DNA of 64,000 bases from Gemmatimonadota bacterium (GTDB lineage: Bacteria; Gemmatimonadota; Gemmatimonadetes; Longimicrobiales; Gaopeijiaceae): NCBI GenBank assembly GCA_034521595.1, contig JAXHMG010000003.1, positions 160,001 through 224,000 of the forward strand, read 5' to 3'. A program made the position numbers and the translations under genes. Position 1 is the first letter of the stretch, and each line of letters begins with the position of its first letter. Shown here piece after piece: positions 27,809 to 37,473 of the stretch. Under the pieces are notes generated by a model. The model saw only the letters and a program-made list of their open reading frames with translations. It was not told the DNA's origin and did no database searches.

Positions 27809-28767
27809 TCACCAGAACGTCCAGGACCCCGTGACCAGGACCCATCCTCCGAGGATCGCGTTGGTGACCGCATGGGCGATCACGGGGACCCAAAGGTTGG
27901 CGGTGCGAAGGTAGAGCCACCCGTAGCAGCCCGTGGCAGAAGTCTGGTGGGTCGCGCACGAGGGTCTTGCGGATTGTACAAGGAAGAGCGACGATGCGAT
28001 GCCGAAGCATGGGAGGAGCTATGACGCCACGATGCCACCCGTGCCCTTCGGTTGGGCGGCACGGCCCCATCTCCGTCGTTGCCACTCCTTGACGTAGCTC
28101 AGGGCTATGCCTTCGTCGTGTCGCCTAGGGTCTGGGGCCGTGGCGCTCCCAACGCGACCCACCAGACTTCTGCCACGGGCTGCTAGGCCAGGCCCGCTAG
28201 GAAGCCGGCGAGCCAAAGGTGGTGCTCCGTGGCGAAGAGAGCGGAGCTGATCAGGAGCGGAACCACGCCGACCGCCGACGGATGGACTCCCTTGAAGCGG
28301 GGATGCTCGAGCCACCGCAAGATGAAGGAGCGCCAAAAAAGCTCCTCCATCACCGGAACTACGAGCGTCGCGCCGAAGAGCCGCACGAATGCGAGGCCGA
28401 TCAGGAGCCGTCCCGTCTCGTTCCGTGGGTCGAAACCCTCGCTCTCGCCGATCACCCACGGGGGGAAGTCGAGTCGGATCCACACGGCGAACACTCCGGC
28501 ACCGAGAGCGAGGGCGAGTAGAAGGTGCTGCGGACCGGGCATCGGCGAATCCCGGAGCTCGGTATAGCCGGGCCACAGGTACATCAACGCCGCCAGGGGG
28601 AGCGCCACCTGCAAGGCGTACAGCCACCGAGGGTCGTACGCCTCCGGGAGAACGGCCCGAAGCGCCGGCTGCAGCGCCAACAGCAGGATGTAGAGCGCGA
28701 AGGGAGCGATCCGCCCGGCCGCGTCCCGGTAGCGTGAGTTGACGGGAAGCTCCCCCCCGGGCTTCAG
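27809..28767 (-). pseudogene. PEP-CTERM-associated CAAX prenyl protease-related protein (CPBP), interrupted by a MITE
   Basis: 5' part has PVMEELFWRSF and FATEH. 3' part beyond the MITE reads YGWLYLRTANLWVPVIAHAVTNAILGGWVLVTGSWTFW*. Removing 260 bp restores a 699-bp frame. Confidence 0.85.
27926..28183. mobile_element. MITE copy 1 (258 bp), 31-bp perfect TIRs, TA target duplication
   Basis: GCAGCCCGTGGCAGAAGTCTGGTGGGTCGCG at 27926-27956, its reverse complement at 28153-28183. TA at 27924-25 and 28184-85. Confidence 0.9.
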
Positions 28768-30377
28768 AAGATCGGGCCGCGAATATAGGTGTCGGAGCGG
28801 GCCCAGGCATCTTCGAACGCATCGCGCACCCGGTCGGCTTCCGAATCCTTCCCTTGGGCCCGCAACGCGGTCTCCAGGCCGTACAACGACCATCCGTTGT
28901 TGGGATGATCTTCGAGCTCACGTTCGAAGACCCGGGCCGCTTCGTCGTGGCGGCCCGCTTCGTTCAAGGCATCGCCGAGCCAGTGGCGAACCGAGAAGTT
29001 CAATGGCTCGGGCTCGTCGTATCGGAGCGTGTCCTCGAGGTCGGCCCCGGCTCTCAACGTTTCGATCGCGGCGGACAGCTCCCCGTTCGCGCGCAGGATC
29101 TCACCTTCGAGAATGGCGGCGACGGTCCCGAGGAGCTGGTCCGCCGTGTGGCCTCGGAAGCTCGTGTCCTCGGAGCTTTCTTCAATGGTGCTGCGCAACC
29201 GGTGCAGATACCAGCGTGCTGTTCCCTCGTCACCGCTCCGGAGGTGCGCGTAGCCCTTTCCAAAGTCCCAGAGACCTCGGAAGATCGGGTTGTCGGGGGG
29301 ATCCCGAAGCTCGAGGATCTCGTCGAACCGACCGAAGCGCAGCAGGGTCAGGACGTGGTAGAAGCTGCCTCCGTCCATGAGCTTCGCATAGTCCTTGCCG
29401 GCCTGGATCGCGATGGCGCCCTGACCGTCGTTCGAGGCGGCGAAGAGGAGCATGTGGAGGTTGTGTGAGGGGTAGATGGCGAAGCCCTCACCGTGCCGTG
29501 CCTTCAGGTCCGAGTGCCACGCATCGATGTTGGCGCGCACGGCGTCCCCCCAACGGCCGATCCGGTTGTACGTGTGGGACGGCATGTGCTGGATGTGGCT
29601 CGCACCCGGAATCGCGGAGCCCAGGAAATTCGCACAGGCCTCGGCTTTTTCCGGGCGCTCGGTGGGTTCCGTCGAGTGGATGTAGAGGTGACAGGCGCCG
29701 GGGTGCTCGATGTCCTGTTCCAGAACGGATTGCAGGACCTCGTGGATCTCCTGCACCTCCGGGTTCTCGATATCCCAGAGCCCGCGGCGGGGCTGGAGGA
29801 GCATCAAGGCCTCGCCCGCCAGGAATCCGGCGTCCAGGTCGGCGGGGAAGCGCTCGTATACCGTCATGACCGTGTCGGCCCAGCGCTCGTCGAGCATGCG
29901 TCGACGCTCGGGATCGTGCTCGGGTTCGTAGCGCACGGCCATCGCTTCGATCAGGGCCTGCTCGACCGGAGTGGTGTTCCCCTCCATGGTTTCGAGGGCT
30001 TTCTGAATGGCCGCGTGCGCTCTCGGGGCGTCCACGGAGGTCATGGGGCCGTTCAGGTAGGGGCCCCAAGCCCACGCTTCACCGAAGTAGCACATCGCGC
30101 ACTCCGGATCGAGCTTCCAGGCTTCCCGGAAGGAGCGAGCCGCGGCCGTCGGATCGAAGGCATAGAGGAGCTGGATGCCTTGATCGAAGTATGCCTGAGC
30201 TTCAGGCGAGGCGGTCGTGATCGGGCGGGAGAAGGGCCCGAGCCCGCCGCCGTCGTGGTGCAGGGGCATGGGCTCCGAGAAGGAAGCGGGCAGGATGGCG
30301 CCGCTCTCCTGTCCGTTGGCGGCAAGCGGAACCGTCAAGAACAACGTGGTGAGAGCCACGAGCGCACGATGAAACAT
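28764..30377 (-). CDS. Secreted TPR-repeat protein with His motifs
   Basis: SD AGGAGG, signal peptide, AQAYFDQG, DPECAMCY, HPGACHLYIH, SHIQHMPSH, PNNGWSLYGL. Confidence 0.8.
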   Translation of the reverse strand: MFHRALVALTTLFLTVPLAANGQESGAILPASFSEPMPLHHDGGGLGPFSRPITTASPEAQAYFDQGIQLLYAFDPTAAARSFREAWKLDPECAMCYFGEAWAWGPYLNGPMTSVDAPRAHAAIQKALETMEGNTTPVEQALIEAMAVRYEPEHDPERRRMLDERWADTVMTVYERFPADLDAGFLAGEALMLLQPRRGLWDIENPEVQEIHEVLQSVLEQDIEHPGACHLYIHSTEPTERPEKAEACANFLGSAIPGASHIQHMPSHTYNRIGRWGDAVRANIDAWHSDLKARHGEGFAIYPSHNLHMLLFAASNDGQGAIAIQAGKDYAKLMDGGSFYHVLTLLRFGRFDEILELRDPPDNPIFRGLWDFGKGYAHLRSGDEGTARWYLHRLRSTIEESSEDTSFRGHTADQLLGTVAAILEGEILRANGELSAAIETLRAGADLEDTLRYDEPEPLNFSVRHWLGDALNEAGRHDEAARVFERELEDHPNNGWSLYGLETALRAQGKDSEADRVRDAFEDAWARSDTYIRGPIF

Positions 30378-30525
30378 CCGTAACCTCCTTCGGCGACTGA
30401 CGAGTGCGGGGCAACATGAGGCAATCTGTTCGTCCGACCGAACCGCGTCCAGCGGCCGGCTCTGGCAGGATGGGCCTCGGGATCGCACGTTGTGCTGACC
30501 ATGTACCCGGGACCGGAGGGGAAGA

Positions 30526-31812
30526 ATGCCGCCGTTCGATGGATCGTCGCTCTCGCGCCGTGCTTGGTTGACCACGACCACGGGGGTGATCGCCGCCGGA
30601 GTGCTCAAGACGCAGTCGGACGCCTTGCGGCTGGACGCGCAGGAGGCTCCGGCCGGCGCTTCCGATGACCCTCCTCCGGATCCGGATCCGACGAAGGTGC
30701 CCGGCCGAATCGTTTCGGAAGTGGGCTCCAGGGCTCCGGGGGAGCAGCCGAAGCGGATCTTGAGGTCGGAAGAGCTGTCGAGCTCGTCTCGTTGCCCGCT
30801 GCAGGACTTTCACGGGATCATCACGCCTTCCGACCTCCACTTCGAGCGGCACCACGCCGGTGTTCCCACGATCGGGGCCGAAGACCACGAGCTCCTGGTG
30901 CACGGCATGGTCGAGCGGCCGATGGTCTTTCGCATGGCGGACCTGAAGCGCTATCCCTCGGTGTCGCGCATCTACTTCATCGAGTGCTCGGGGAATGGTG
31001 GCGGGATCTACAACCGTGACCGGATGCCGTCCGAGGTCACGGTGCAACAGATCGACGGTCTCGTCAGCACGAGCGAGTGGACCGGCGTGCCGCTGGCCTG
31101 GATCCTGCGCGAAGTCGGCGTGCGTCCGGGGGCGAGCTGGCTTCTCGCGGAGGGAAGCGACGCCGCGGCGCTCGCGCGGAGCGTCCCGATCGAGAAGGCG
31201 ATGGACGATGCGCTCCTCGCCTACGGACAGAACGGGGAGGCGATCCGGCCGGAGCAGGGTTATCCGCTCCGCCTCATGCTTCCGGGCTGGGAGGGGAACC
31301 CACAGGTGAAGTGGCTGCGTCGGATCGAGGTGACCGACCGACCGACGATGACGCGGGAAGAAACCTCGAAGTACACGGATCCTCTCGGCGATGGAACGGC
31401 GCGGCAATTCAGCTTCGTCATGGACGCGAAGTCCGTGATCACCTTTCCGTCGTACCCGTATGTGCTCCCGGAACACGGTTGGTGGGAGATCAAAGGACTC
31501 GCGTGGACAGGCCGTGGCCGCATCACCCGCGTGGAGGTGAGCACCGACGGGGGGCGTCGGTGGGTCGATGCGGAGCTGCAACAGCCCGTCCTGCCGCTGG
31601 CCACGGTTCGTTTCCGGCATCTTTGGAACTGGGACGGCCGGGAGACGGTGATCCTGAGTCGGGCCACCGACGAGACCGGCTACGTGCAGCCGACGGTGCA
31701 TCAACTCTGGGAAGCGCGCGGGGAACGGACCTCTTACCACCAGAACCATCAGCGTGCGTGGCGGGTCGCCTCGGACGGCGCGGTGACCTTCGGCCTGGGA
31801 GATCTCGTATGA
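30526..31812 (+). CDS. soxC: Sulfite/sulfane dehydrogenase molybdopterin subunit (SoxC/SorA-like)
   Basis: Tat-like SRRAW, ITPSDLHFERHH, FIECSGN, QNGEAIRPEQGYPLRL, GLAWTGRG, SRATDETG. Confidence 0.85.
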   Translation: MPPFDGSSLSRRAWLTTTTGVIAAGVLKTQSDALRLDAQEAPAGASDDPPPDPDPTKVPGRIVSEVGSRAPGEQPKRILRSEELSSSSRCPLQDFHGIITPSDLHFERHHAGVPTIGAEDHELLVHGMVERPMVFRMADLKRYPSVSRIYFIECSGNGGGIYNRDRMPSEVTVQQIDGLVSTSEWTGVPLAWILREVGVRPGASWLLAEGSDAAALARSVPIEKAMDDALLAYGQNGEAIRPEQGYPLRLMLPGWEGNPQVKWLRRIEVTDRPTMTREETSKYTDPLGDGTARQFSFVMDAKSVITFPSYPYVLPEHGWWEIKGLAWTGRGRITRVEVSTDGGRRWVDAELQQPVLPLATVRFRHLWNWDGRETVILSRATDETGYVQPTVHQLWEARGERTSYHQNHQRAWRVASDGAVTFGLGDLV

Positions 31813-32426
31813 GGCGCGGGCCGGGGGGAACGCTGATGGCCGCGCTCGCAGGGGTGCTGCTGGCCGCTTGTGGTGACGAGGAGGCGGTGTCGGGGAGCTC
31901 TCCGGCCACCGTGGACGCGGCGGGCTCGGCGTACGAGCTGCCGCCCGACGCCCCGGAGCGTTTCGCGTTCGGACGCCCCGCCTCGCCAGAGCGCGTCGAT
32001 CAATGGGACATCGATGTGAAACCCGACGGTGAAGGCCTCCCGCCGGGACGTGGCACCGTGGAGGAAGGGGAACAGGTGTACATGACGCACTGTGTCGCGT
32101 GTCACGGCCCGACGGGCGTCGAAGGTCCGTACGATCGCCTGGTCGCGACGGATCCCTGGGACGAGTGGCCCCTGAACAGGGGGATCGGCAACTACTGGCC
32201 GTATGCCACGACGCTGTACGACTACACCCGGAGAGCCATGCCCCAGCTCACGCCCGGAATCCTGACGCCGGACGAGACCTACGCGGTGATCGCCTATCTC
32301 CTCTACCGGAACGAGATCATCGACGAAGATGCCGTCATGGACCAGAACACCCTGCCGGAGGTGTCCATGCCGGCGAGGGGACGGTTCGTGGTCGATGACC
32401 GCGCCGGCGGAAGCGAGATCAAGTAG
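31809..32426 (+). CDS. Monoheme cytochrome c lipoprotein (SoxD-like)
   Basis: Lipobox LAAC, WDIDVKPDGEGLPPG, CVACH, YWPYATTLYDY.RRAMP. Confidence 0.85.
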   Translation: MRRGPGGTLMAALAGVLLAACGDEEAVSGSSPATVDAAGSAYELPPDAPERFAFGRPASPERVDQWDIDVKPDGEGLPPGRGTVEEGEQVYMTHCVACHGPTGVEGPYDRLVATDPWDEWPLNRGIGNYWPYATTLYDYTRRAMPQLTPGILTPDETYAVIAYLLYRNEIIDEDAVMDQNTLPEVSMPARGRFVVDDRAGGSEIK

Positions 32427-32471
32427 GGGGCGGGCGGAGCTTTCTACCAGCGGGCGCGGTGGCCGTCGACG

Positions 32472-33683
32472 TCAGCGGCTCCCCCGCTCCCGGTTCATCA
32501 ACGCGTCGAGGTCTTCGGAAAGCTGTCCCGACATGTAGCCCATGAGCGACCTGGTCGCGGAGGATTGGTTGAGGGACGTGAGCTGGATGCTGTAGGCGAC
32601 CTCTCCCTCCCCGCCGTCACCGTCTTCGACGACCGCGGTGAACCGGAGCGGGTGTCCGGACCCGAGCCTCCCCAGGTGCGTTGGCGAGAGCGGCATCGTG
32701 GCCTCGACCGCGTCTCCGGTACCGGCCGGACCCGTCCAGAGGACGTCGGCGTCTTCCGGCCCGTCGAAGTGGAGAACGTAGAGCGTTTCGCCGGCCAGCG
32801 GCTCCGGGACGGTGGCCTGGATTGTGAGCGCCGGCGCGAATGCCATGTCCGGGTGGTCGAACTCGAAGCCCGCGGAGTCGACGATCGATTGGAACCGATC
32901 GAGCTGCTCGGGTGTGAAGTCGTCGCGGCTACCGAGGAGCGGGGAGAACGCCGCGGTGAGAGTCACGTTGCCGCTGCGCGCGTACCCGACGGTGCGTGCT
33001 CCCCCGACCTGGCCGTCCTCCCTCACGCCGAGTGACGTGGGGCTCGTCCAAGGACGGAGCTCCTCGACCTCCCACAAATCGCTCGGGGCGTTCACGAACC
33101 GGTAGGGGCTGTCCAGGCTCGGATCACGCGCCGGCTCGCAGACGGGGCTGGAGGTGTTCTCGCATTCCTCGACCACCGCGTCCCGGAGGAGAATGGCGCC
33201 GTCACATCCGCCGACCGACGTCGTGAGATCTCCCGCCGCCGCGATCTTCTCCTCCGCTTCCCTCCGCAGCGAGGTGACGGCTTCCGACACGGTCTGCTTA
33301 ATGGCCTGGCGCCGGGCTGCCCGCTCCTCGACCAGCGCCTCGTCGTCCTCTTCGAGAATGCGTTCCGCCAACGCCTGATCCCGGTCGAACCATTCGGCGA
33401 CGTCGGCCTCGACGGGGTCCGTGGTGTCGAACGGCTCGACGCTCGCACGGTCTTCCAGGGCGATCGCGTTCGAGAGATCCATCAGCCGCTGCGAGCGGTT
33501 CGCGAGGGGCTCCAACTCCGTCTCGAGGGCCTCGATCCGCGCGATGACCTCCACGCACTGCCGGGAGCGCTCGAGTTCGACCCGAGCCAAGCCGGTGGGT
33601 GGTCCCTCCTGTGAGCGGGCTGGCACGGCGAGGCTGCCGAGCAGCAAGAGTGCGACGGTGAGTCGCGAACACGAAGGTGACAA
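32472..33683 (-). CDS. Hypothetical secreted protein
   Basis: TTG start 6 nt after GGAG, signal peptide ending ARSQ, coiled N-half with 4 Cys. Confidence 0.6.
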   Translation of the reverse strand: MSPSCSRLTVALLLLGSLAVPARSQEGPPTGLARVELERSRQCVEVIARIEALETELEPLANRSQRLMDLSNAIALEDRASVEPFDTTDPVEADVAEWFDRDQALAERILEEDDEALVEERAARRQAIKQTVSEAVTSLRREAEEKIAAAGDLTTSVGGCDGAILLRDAVVEECENTSSPVCEPARDPSLDSPYRFVNAPSDLWEVEELRPWTSPTSLGVREDGQVGGARTVGYARSGNVTLTAAFSPLLGSRDDFTPEQLDRFQSIVDSAGFEFDHPDMAFAPALTIQATVPEPLAGETLYVLHFDGPEDADVLWTGPAGTGDAVEATMPLSPTHLGRLGSGHPLRFTAVVEDGDGGEGEVAYSIQLTSLNQSSATRSLMGYMSGQLSEDLDALMNRERGSR

Positions 33684-33892
33684 CGGTGGCTCCAGTGGTC
33701 GGTTCCGATGGTGATGTAGCTTCTGCGCGTCGGTCTCTACACCGCGCGGCCGTGGGGGTTGCCCGGACGCGCGTGCAACTTTTTTCGCCCGGGTCTCGTC
33801 GTATCCAGTGAAGGGCACGTGAGACCCATCGGTGAGATCGGGTGGCTGGTTGTGTGGGAGTGAGGTCGAGCGTGCCGAGCGCTTCGAGGCTA

Positions 33893-34217
33893 GCAGCCCG
33901 TGGCAGAAGTCTGGTGGGTCGCGTCGCGAGGGTCTCGCGGACCCCGACACGGAAGAGCGACCAATGCGATGCCGAAGGCATCGGGGAGGCGCTATGACGC
34001 TACGTACGATGCCGAGTGGCACCGACGCGACAGCGTTGGGCCGCTGCGCGCCCTTCGGACCACCGCTGGGCACGGCGGTGCCGGCGGCATGGCTCATCGC
34101 CGTCGTTGCTCACTCCTCGACGTAGCTTCGGGCTATCGCCTTCGTCGCTCGTCGCCTGTACGGTATGCCGCCAAGGCGCTCCCGTGCGCGACCCACCAGA
34201 CTTCTGCCACGGGCTGC
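33893..34217. mobile_element. MITE copy 2 (325 bp), same 31-bp TIRs, intergenic
   Basis: TIRs identical to copy 1, TA flanks at 33891-92 and 34218-19, shared internal blocks. Confidence 0.9.
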
Positions 34218-34271
34218 TAGGGTGGATGTGTGGATGCCGGGTGGCCTCGTCGTTCGTCGACCCCGGAGGAC

Positions 34272-35225
34272 TCAGTCCTCCGGGGTCACTTCGTTCAGCG
34301 CGACCGCGCACGTCGCGGCGTCCAGAAGCGGCGTGGGCACCCCGACGGCCCGCCCTAGCCGGGCGAGCGTGCCTCCGAGCGCGTCCATCTCCGTCCGGCG
34401 GCCGCTCCGTAAATCGTGCAGGACGCTCGGGTAGAAGCTCTCGGGAAACCCGTCCAGGGTCCGCTCCACGCGGGATTCCGCGTCCGGTGGCAAGGCGACG
34501 CCGTGTCCACGCCCCACGGCCAACACTTCCGAGATCGCTCCGGTTTGGAGGTCGCGGCCGAACGGATGAGCCCGGATCGGACCCAGGGCCGCGCCGGTGA
34601 TGCCGCAGATCGTGGCCAGCGCTGAAACCACGGCCATCTTGAGCCAGATCTCGACTCGGATATCGTCCGCCGTGACGACCTCCACGTCCGTGGGTGCGAA
34701 GAGATCGTGAATGGTTTGGAGTCCCTGGGCGTTATGGCCACCAGTCGATCCGATGACGAGCCTTTGGTGCTCACCCTTACGCTCGACGACTCCGGGCGCG
34801 GTCCGGAAAGCCGTGAGATACGCCACCCCGTCCACCAGGCGATCCTCCGGGACGCCGGCGGCTCGCAGGCGGTCGGAAATGTCCACGCCGTTCAAAAGGG
34901 GGACGACGACCGCGCCCTCGGCGGCGAGCGCGGCCAGCCGCGGCGCGACCTCGTCGAGTGAGTACGCCTTGACCGCCACGAACGCCACGTCGGCCGGAGC
35001 GGGCGCCGACTCGGGGCTCACGGGACGTGGATGTGCGAGAAATCCGTCCCGAGGCGTTCGGATCTCGAGGCCTCGAGTCTCCACGGCCTCGGCGTGCGCT
35101 CCCCGGATGACGAGGCGGACGTCGTGTCCCGCGTTCGCGAGGATCCCGGCTACGTAGCTGCCGAGGCCACCGGCACCGACCACCTCGACCCGTAGCGGCC
35201 GGGCCGCGATCGTCCCGTCGCTCAT
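34272..35225 (-). CDS. panE: 2-dehydropantoate 2-reductase family protein
   Basis: [41 protein letters not shown] overlap with ilvD. Confidence 0.85.
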   Translation of the reverse strand: MSDGTIAARPLRVEVVGAGGLGSYVAGILANAGHDVRLVIRGAHAEAVETRGLEIRTPRDGFLAHPRPVSPESAPAPADVAFVAVKAYSLDEVAPRLAALAAEGAVVVPLLNGVDISDRLRAAGVPEDRLVDGVAYLTAFRTAPGVVERKGEHQRLVIGSTGGHNAQGLQTIHDLFAPTDVEVVTADDIRVEIWLKMAVVSALATICGITGAALGPIRAHPFGRDLQTGAISEVLAVGRGHGVALPPDAESRVERTLDGFPESFYPSVLHDLRSGRRTEMDALGGTLARLGRAVGVPTPLLDAATCAVALNEVTPED

Positions 35226-36910
35226 GCGTCGGTCACGCACCCGAAGGACGCCGAGGACACGGTACGCACGTACCGTCCCAGAACGCCGCGCCGGGTGGCT
35301 GGCGGGGGCTCGACCCAGGCCGCTCGCCGGCGCGCTCGCTCCGGCTCCTCGACGTCCCATTCGATGCGATCCGCTTCGGCATCGATCGTCACCGTATCTC
35401 CGTCCCTCAGGAGCGCGATGGGGCCCCCGGACTGCGCTTCGGGCGTGACGTGCCCCACCACGAATCCGTGGCTGCCGCCCGAGAAGCGCCCATCGGTGAT
35501 CAAGGCGACCGAGTCCCCGAGCCCCGCCCCGGTTATGGCGGACGTGATCGTGAGCATCTCCGGCATCCCTGGTCCACCGCGCGGGCCCTCGTACCGGATG
35601 ACGACGACGTCTCCGGGCACGATCTCGCCCTGCTGTATGCCGCGGAGCGCCGCTTCTTCACGGTCGTAGACACGAGCGGGGCCAGTGAAGCGCACCCCCT
35701 CCTTGCCGGTGATCTTCGCCACGGCCCCCTCCGGAGCGAGGCTGCCCTCGAGGATCCGGATGTGGCCGGTCGGCTTGATGGGATCGGCGGGCGGCCGGAC
35801 GATCTCCTGCCCCGCGGACAACCCGGGGAGCTCCGCGAGGTTCTCGGCCAGGGTGTGTCCCGTGACGGTCATGCAGCTCCCGTCGATGAGCCCGTGCTCG
35901 AGGAGGAGCTTGAGCACCGCGGGGATTCCACCGACGCGGTGCAGATCTTCCATCACGTGCCGGCCGCTCGGTTTCAGGTCGGCCAAGTAGGGCACGCGCG
36001 CGCTCACCGCCCGGAAGTCGTCCAGGCTCAAATCGACCTCCGCGGCGTGGGCCACGGCGAGCAGGTGGAGGACCGCGTTCGTCGAGCCGCCCAGCGCGGT
36101 CACGAGCGTCATGGCGTTTTCGAAGGCGGCGCGGGTCATGATGGCCCGGGGCGTCAGGCCCGTCTCCAGCAAGCGGGTGACCGCGGTTCCCGCGGCCCGA
36201 CACTCCTCGAGCTTTCGGGGGTCGGTGGCCGGAGTGCAGGCGCTGTATGGCAGGGTCATGCCCATGGCTTCCGCCGCGCTGGCCATCGTGTTCGCCGTGT
36301 ACATGCCGCCGCATGCTCCGGGGCCGGGGCATGCGTGTCTCACGACCTGCGCGAAGCGCTCTTCATCGATCTTTCCCGAGATCAGAGCGCCATAGCTCTC
36401 GAACGTGCTGACGATGTCGAGCGGCTCGTCTCCGAGGCGGCCGGGACGGATCGTGCCTCCGTAGACCATCAACGAAGGTCGGTCTATCCGGGCCATGGCC
36501 ATGAGCGATCCCGGCATGTTCTTGTCACATCCGGGGATGCTCACGTTCGCGTCGTACCACTGCGCCCGCATGACGGTTTCGATCGAGTCCGCGATGAGGT
36601 CGCGGGACGGCAGCGAGTAGCTCATTCCCTCCGTGCCCATCGAGATGCCGTCACTGACTCCGATGGTATTGAACCGCATGGGAACCAGCCCCGCGTCCCG
36701 GGCACCACTCCCGACCGCTTCAGCCAGGTCGAGGAGGTGCATGTTGCACGGGTTGCCCTCCCACCACATGGAGGCGATGCCCACCTGGGCTTTCGACATG
36801 TCCTCGGGGGTCAGGCCCGTGGCGTAGAGCATGGCCTGCGCGTTCGCGTGCGCCGGATCCTGGGTGACGGTGGCGCTGTGCCGGTTCAGCGTCGGGAGGC
36901 GTCGGGTCAC
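35222..36910 (-). CDS. ilvD: Dihydroxy-acid dehydratase
   Basis: [60 protein letters not shown]. Confidence 0.95.
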   Translation of the reverse strand: MTRRLPTLNRHSATVTQDPAHANAQAMLYATGLTPEDMSKAQVGIASMWWEGNPCNMHLLDLAEAVGSGARDAGLVPMRFNTIGVSDGISMGTEGMSYSLPSRDLIADSIETVMRAQWYDANVSIPGCDKNMPGSLMAMARIDRPSLMVYGGTIRPGRLGDEPLDIVSTFESYGALISGKIDEERFAQVVRHACPGPGACGGMYTANTMASAAEAMGMTLPYSACTPATDPRKLEECRAAGTAVTRLLETGLTPRAIMTRAAFENAMTLVTALGGSTNAVLHLLAVAHAAEVDLSLDDFRAVSARVPYLADLKPSGRHVMEDLHRVGGIPAVLKLLLEHGLIDGSCMTVTGHTLAENLAELPGLSAGQEIVRPPADPIKPTGHIRILEGSLAPEGAVAKITGKEGVRFTGPARVYDREEAALRGIQQGEIVPGDVVVIRYEGPRGGPGMPEMLTITSAITGAGLGDSVALITDGRFSGGSHGFVVGHVTPEAQSGGPIALLRDGDTVTIDAEADRIEWDVEEPERARRRAAWVEPPPATRRGVLGRYVRTVSSASFGCVTDA

Positions 36911-36994
36911 GTCTTCATCTCACGATCTGGATGGTCGGTATCGCTTGCGCCCCGCCGGAATCCGGCTCTTGCCGGGTGGTTTCGACGCGGTGCC

Positions 36995-37468
36995 TCAGTG
37001 CGGCAGGTTGGGGCGCAGCAGGCCGTACGTCCAGGCTCCGGCCAGGGCGGCGAGGAGTCCCACGACGAGGACACCGATCCCGCTCCCGATGAGCGCGAAC
37101 AGGGGCCCGGGGCAGGCACCGATGAAGCCCCATCCGAGTCCGAACGCGATCCCACCGAGGATGTGGTTCTTACGAGGGCGGGCCTGATCACTCTCCGGAA
37201 ACGCGATGGGCTCGCCCCGGATCGTGCGGATGCCGAACCGCTTCATCAGGAATACGGAGAGCGCCCCCACGGCGACGGCCGAGCCGATCACCCCGTACAT
37301 ATGGACGGCGTCGAAGTGGAACATCTCCTGGATCCGGAACCAAGAGGCGACCTCCGACTTGATGAAGATCACGCCGAGATAGATCCCCACCAGGAAGTAG
37401 ACGGCGAGAGACTCCGAGCGGAGGGACTCTCCCGAGCGTCGCGGGTGTTGGACGGCGGTCGGGCTCAT
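36995..37468 (-). CDS. YeeE/YedE family membrane protein (second half, DUF6691-like)
   Basis: KSEVASWFRIQEMF, GGIAFGLGW, GACPGP. Confidence 0.8.
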   Translation of the reverse strand: MSPTAVQHPRRSGESLRSESLAVYFLVGIYLGVIFIKSEVASWFRIQEMFHFDAVHMYGVIGSAVAVGALSVFLMKRFGIRTIRGEPIAFPESDQARPRKNHILGGIAFGLGWGFIGACPGPLFALIGSGIGVLVVGLLAALAGAWTYGLLRPNLPH

Positions 37469-37473
37469 GGCGG

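Noticed and set aside
32472-34097. 541-aa ORF start as given in the ORF track
   Set aside because: The N-terminal part runs through MITE copy 2. TTG 33683 with SD and signal peptide is more plausible.
27926-34217. CRISPR array or composite transposon bounded by the two 31-bp repeat elements
   Set aside because: The repeats are inverted pairs, not spaced direct repeats. Each element has its own TA duplication and the CAAX gene continues across copy 1, so these are independent insertions.
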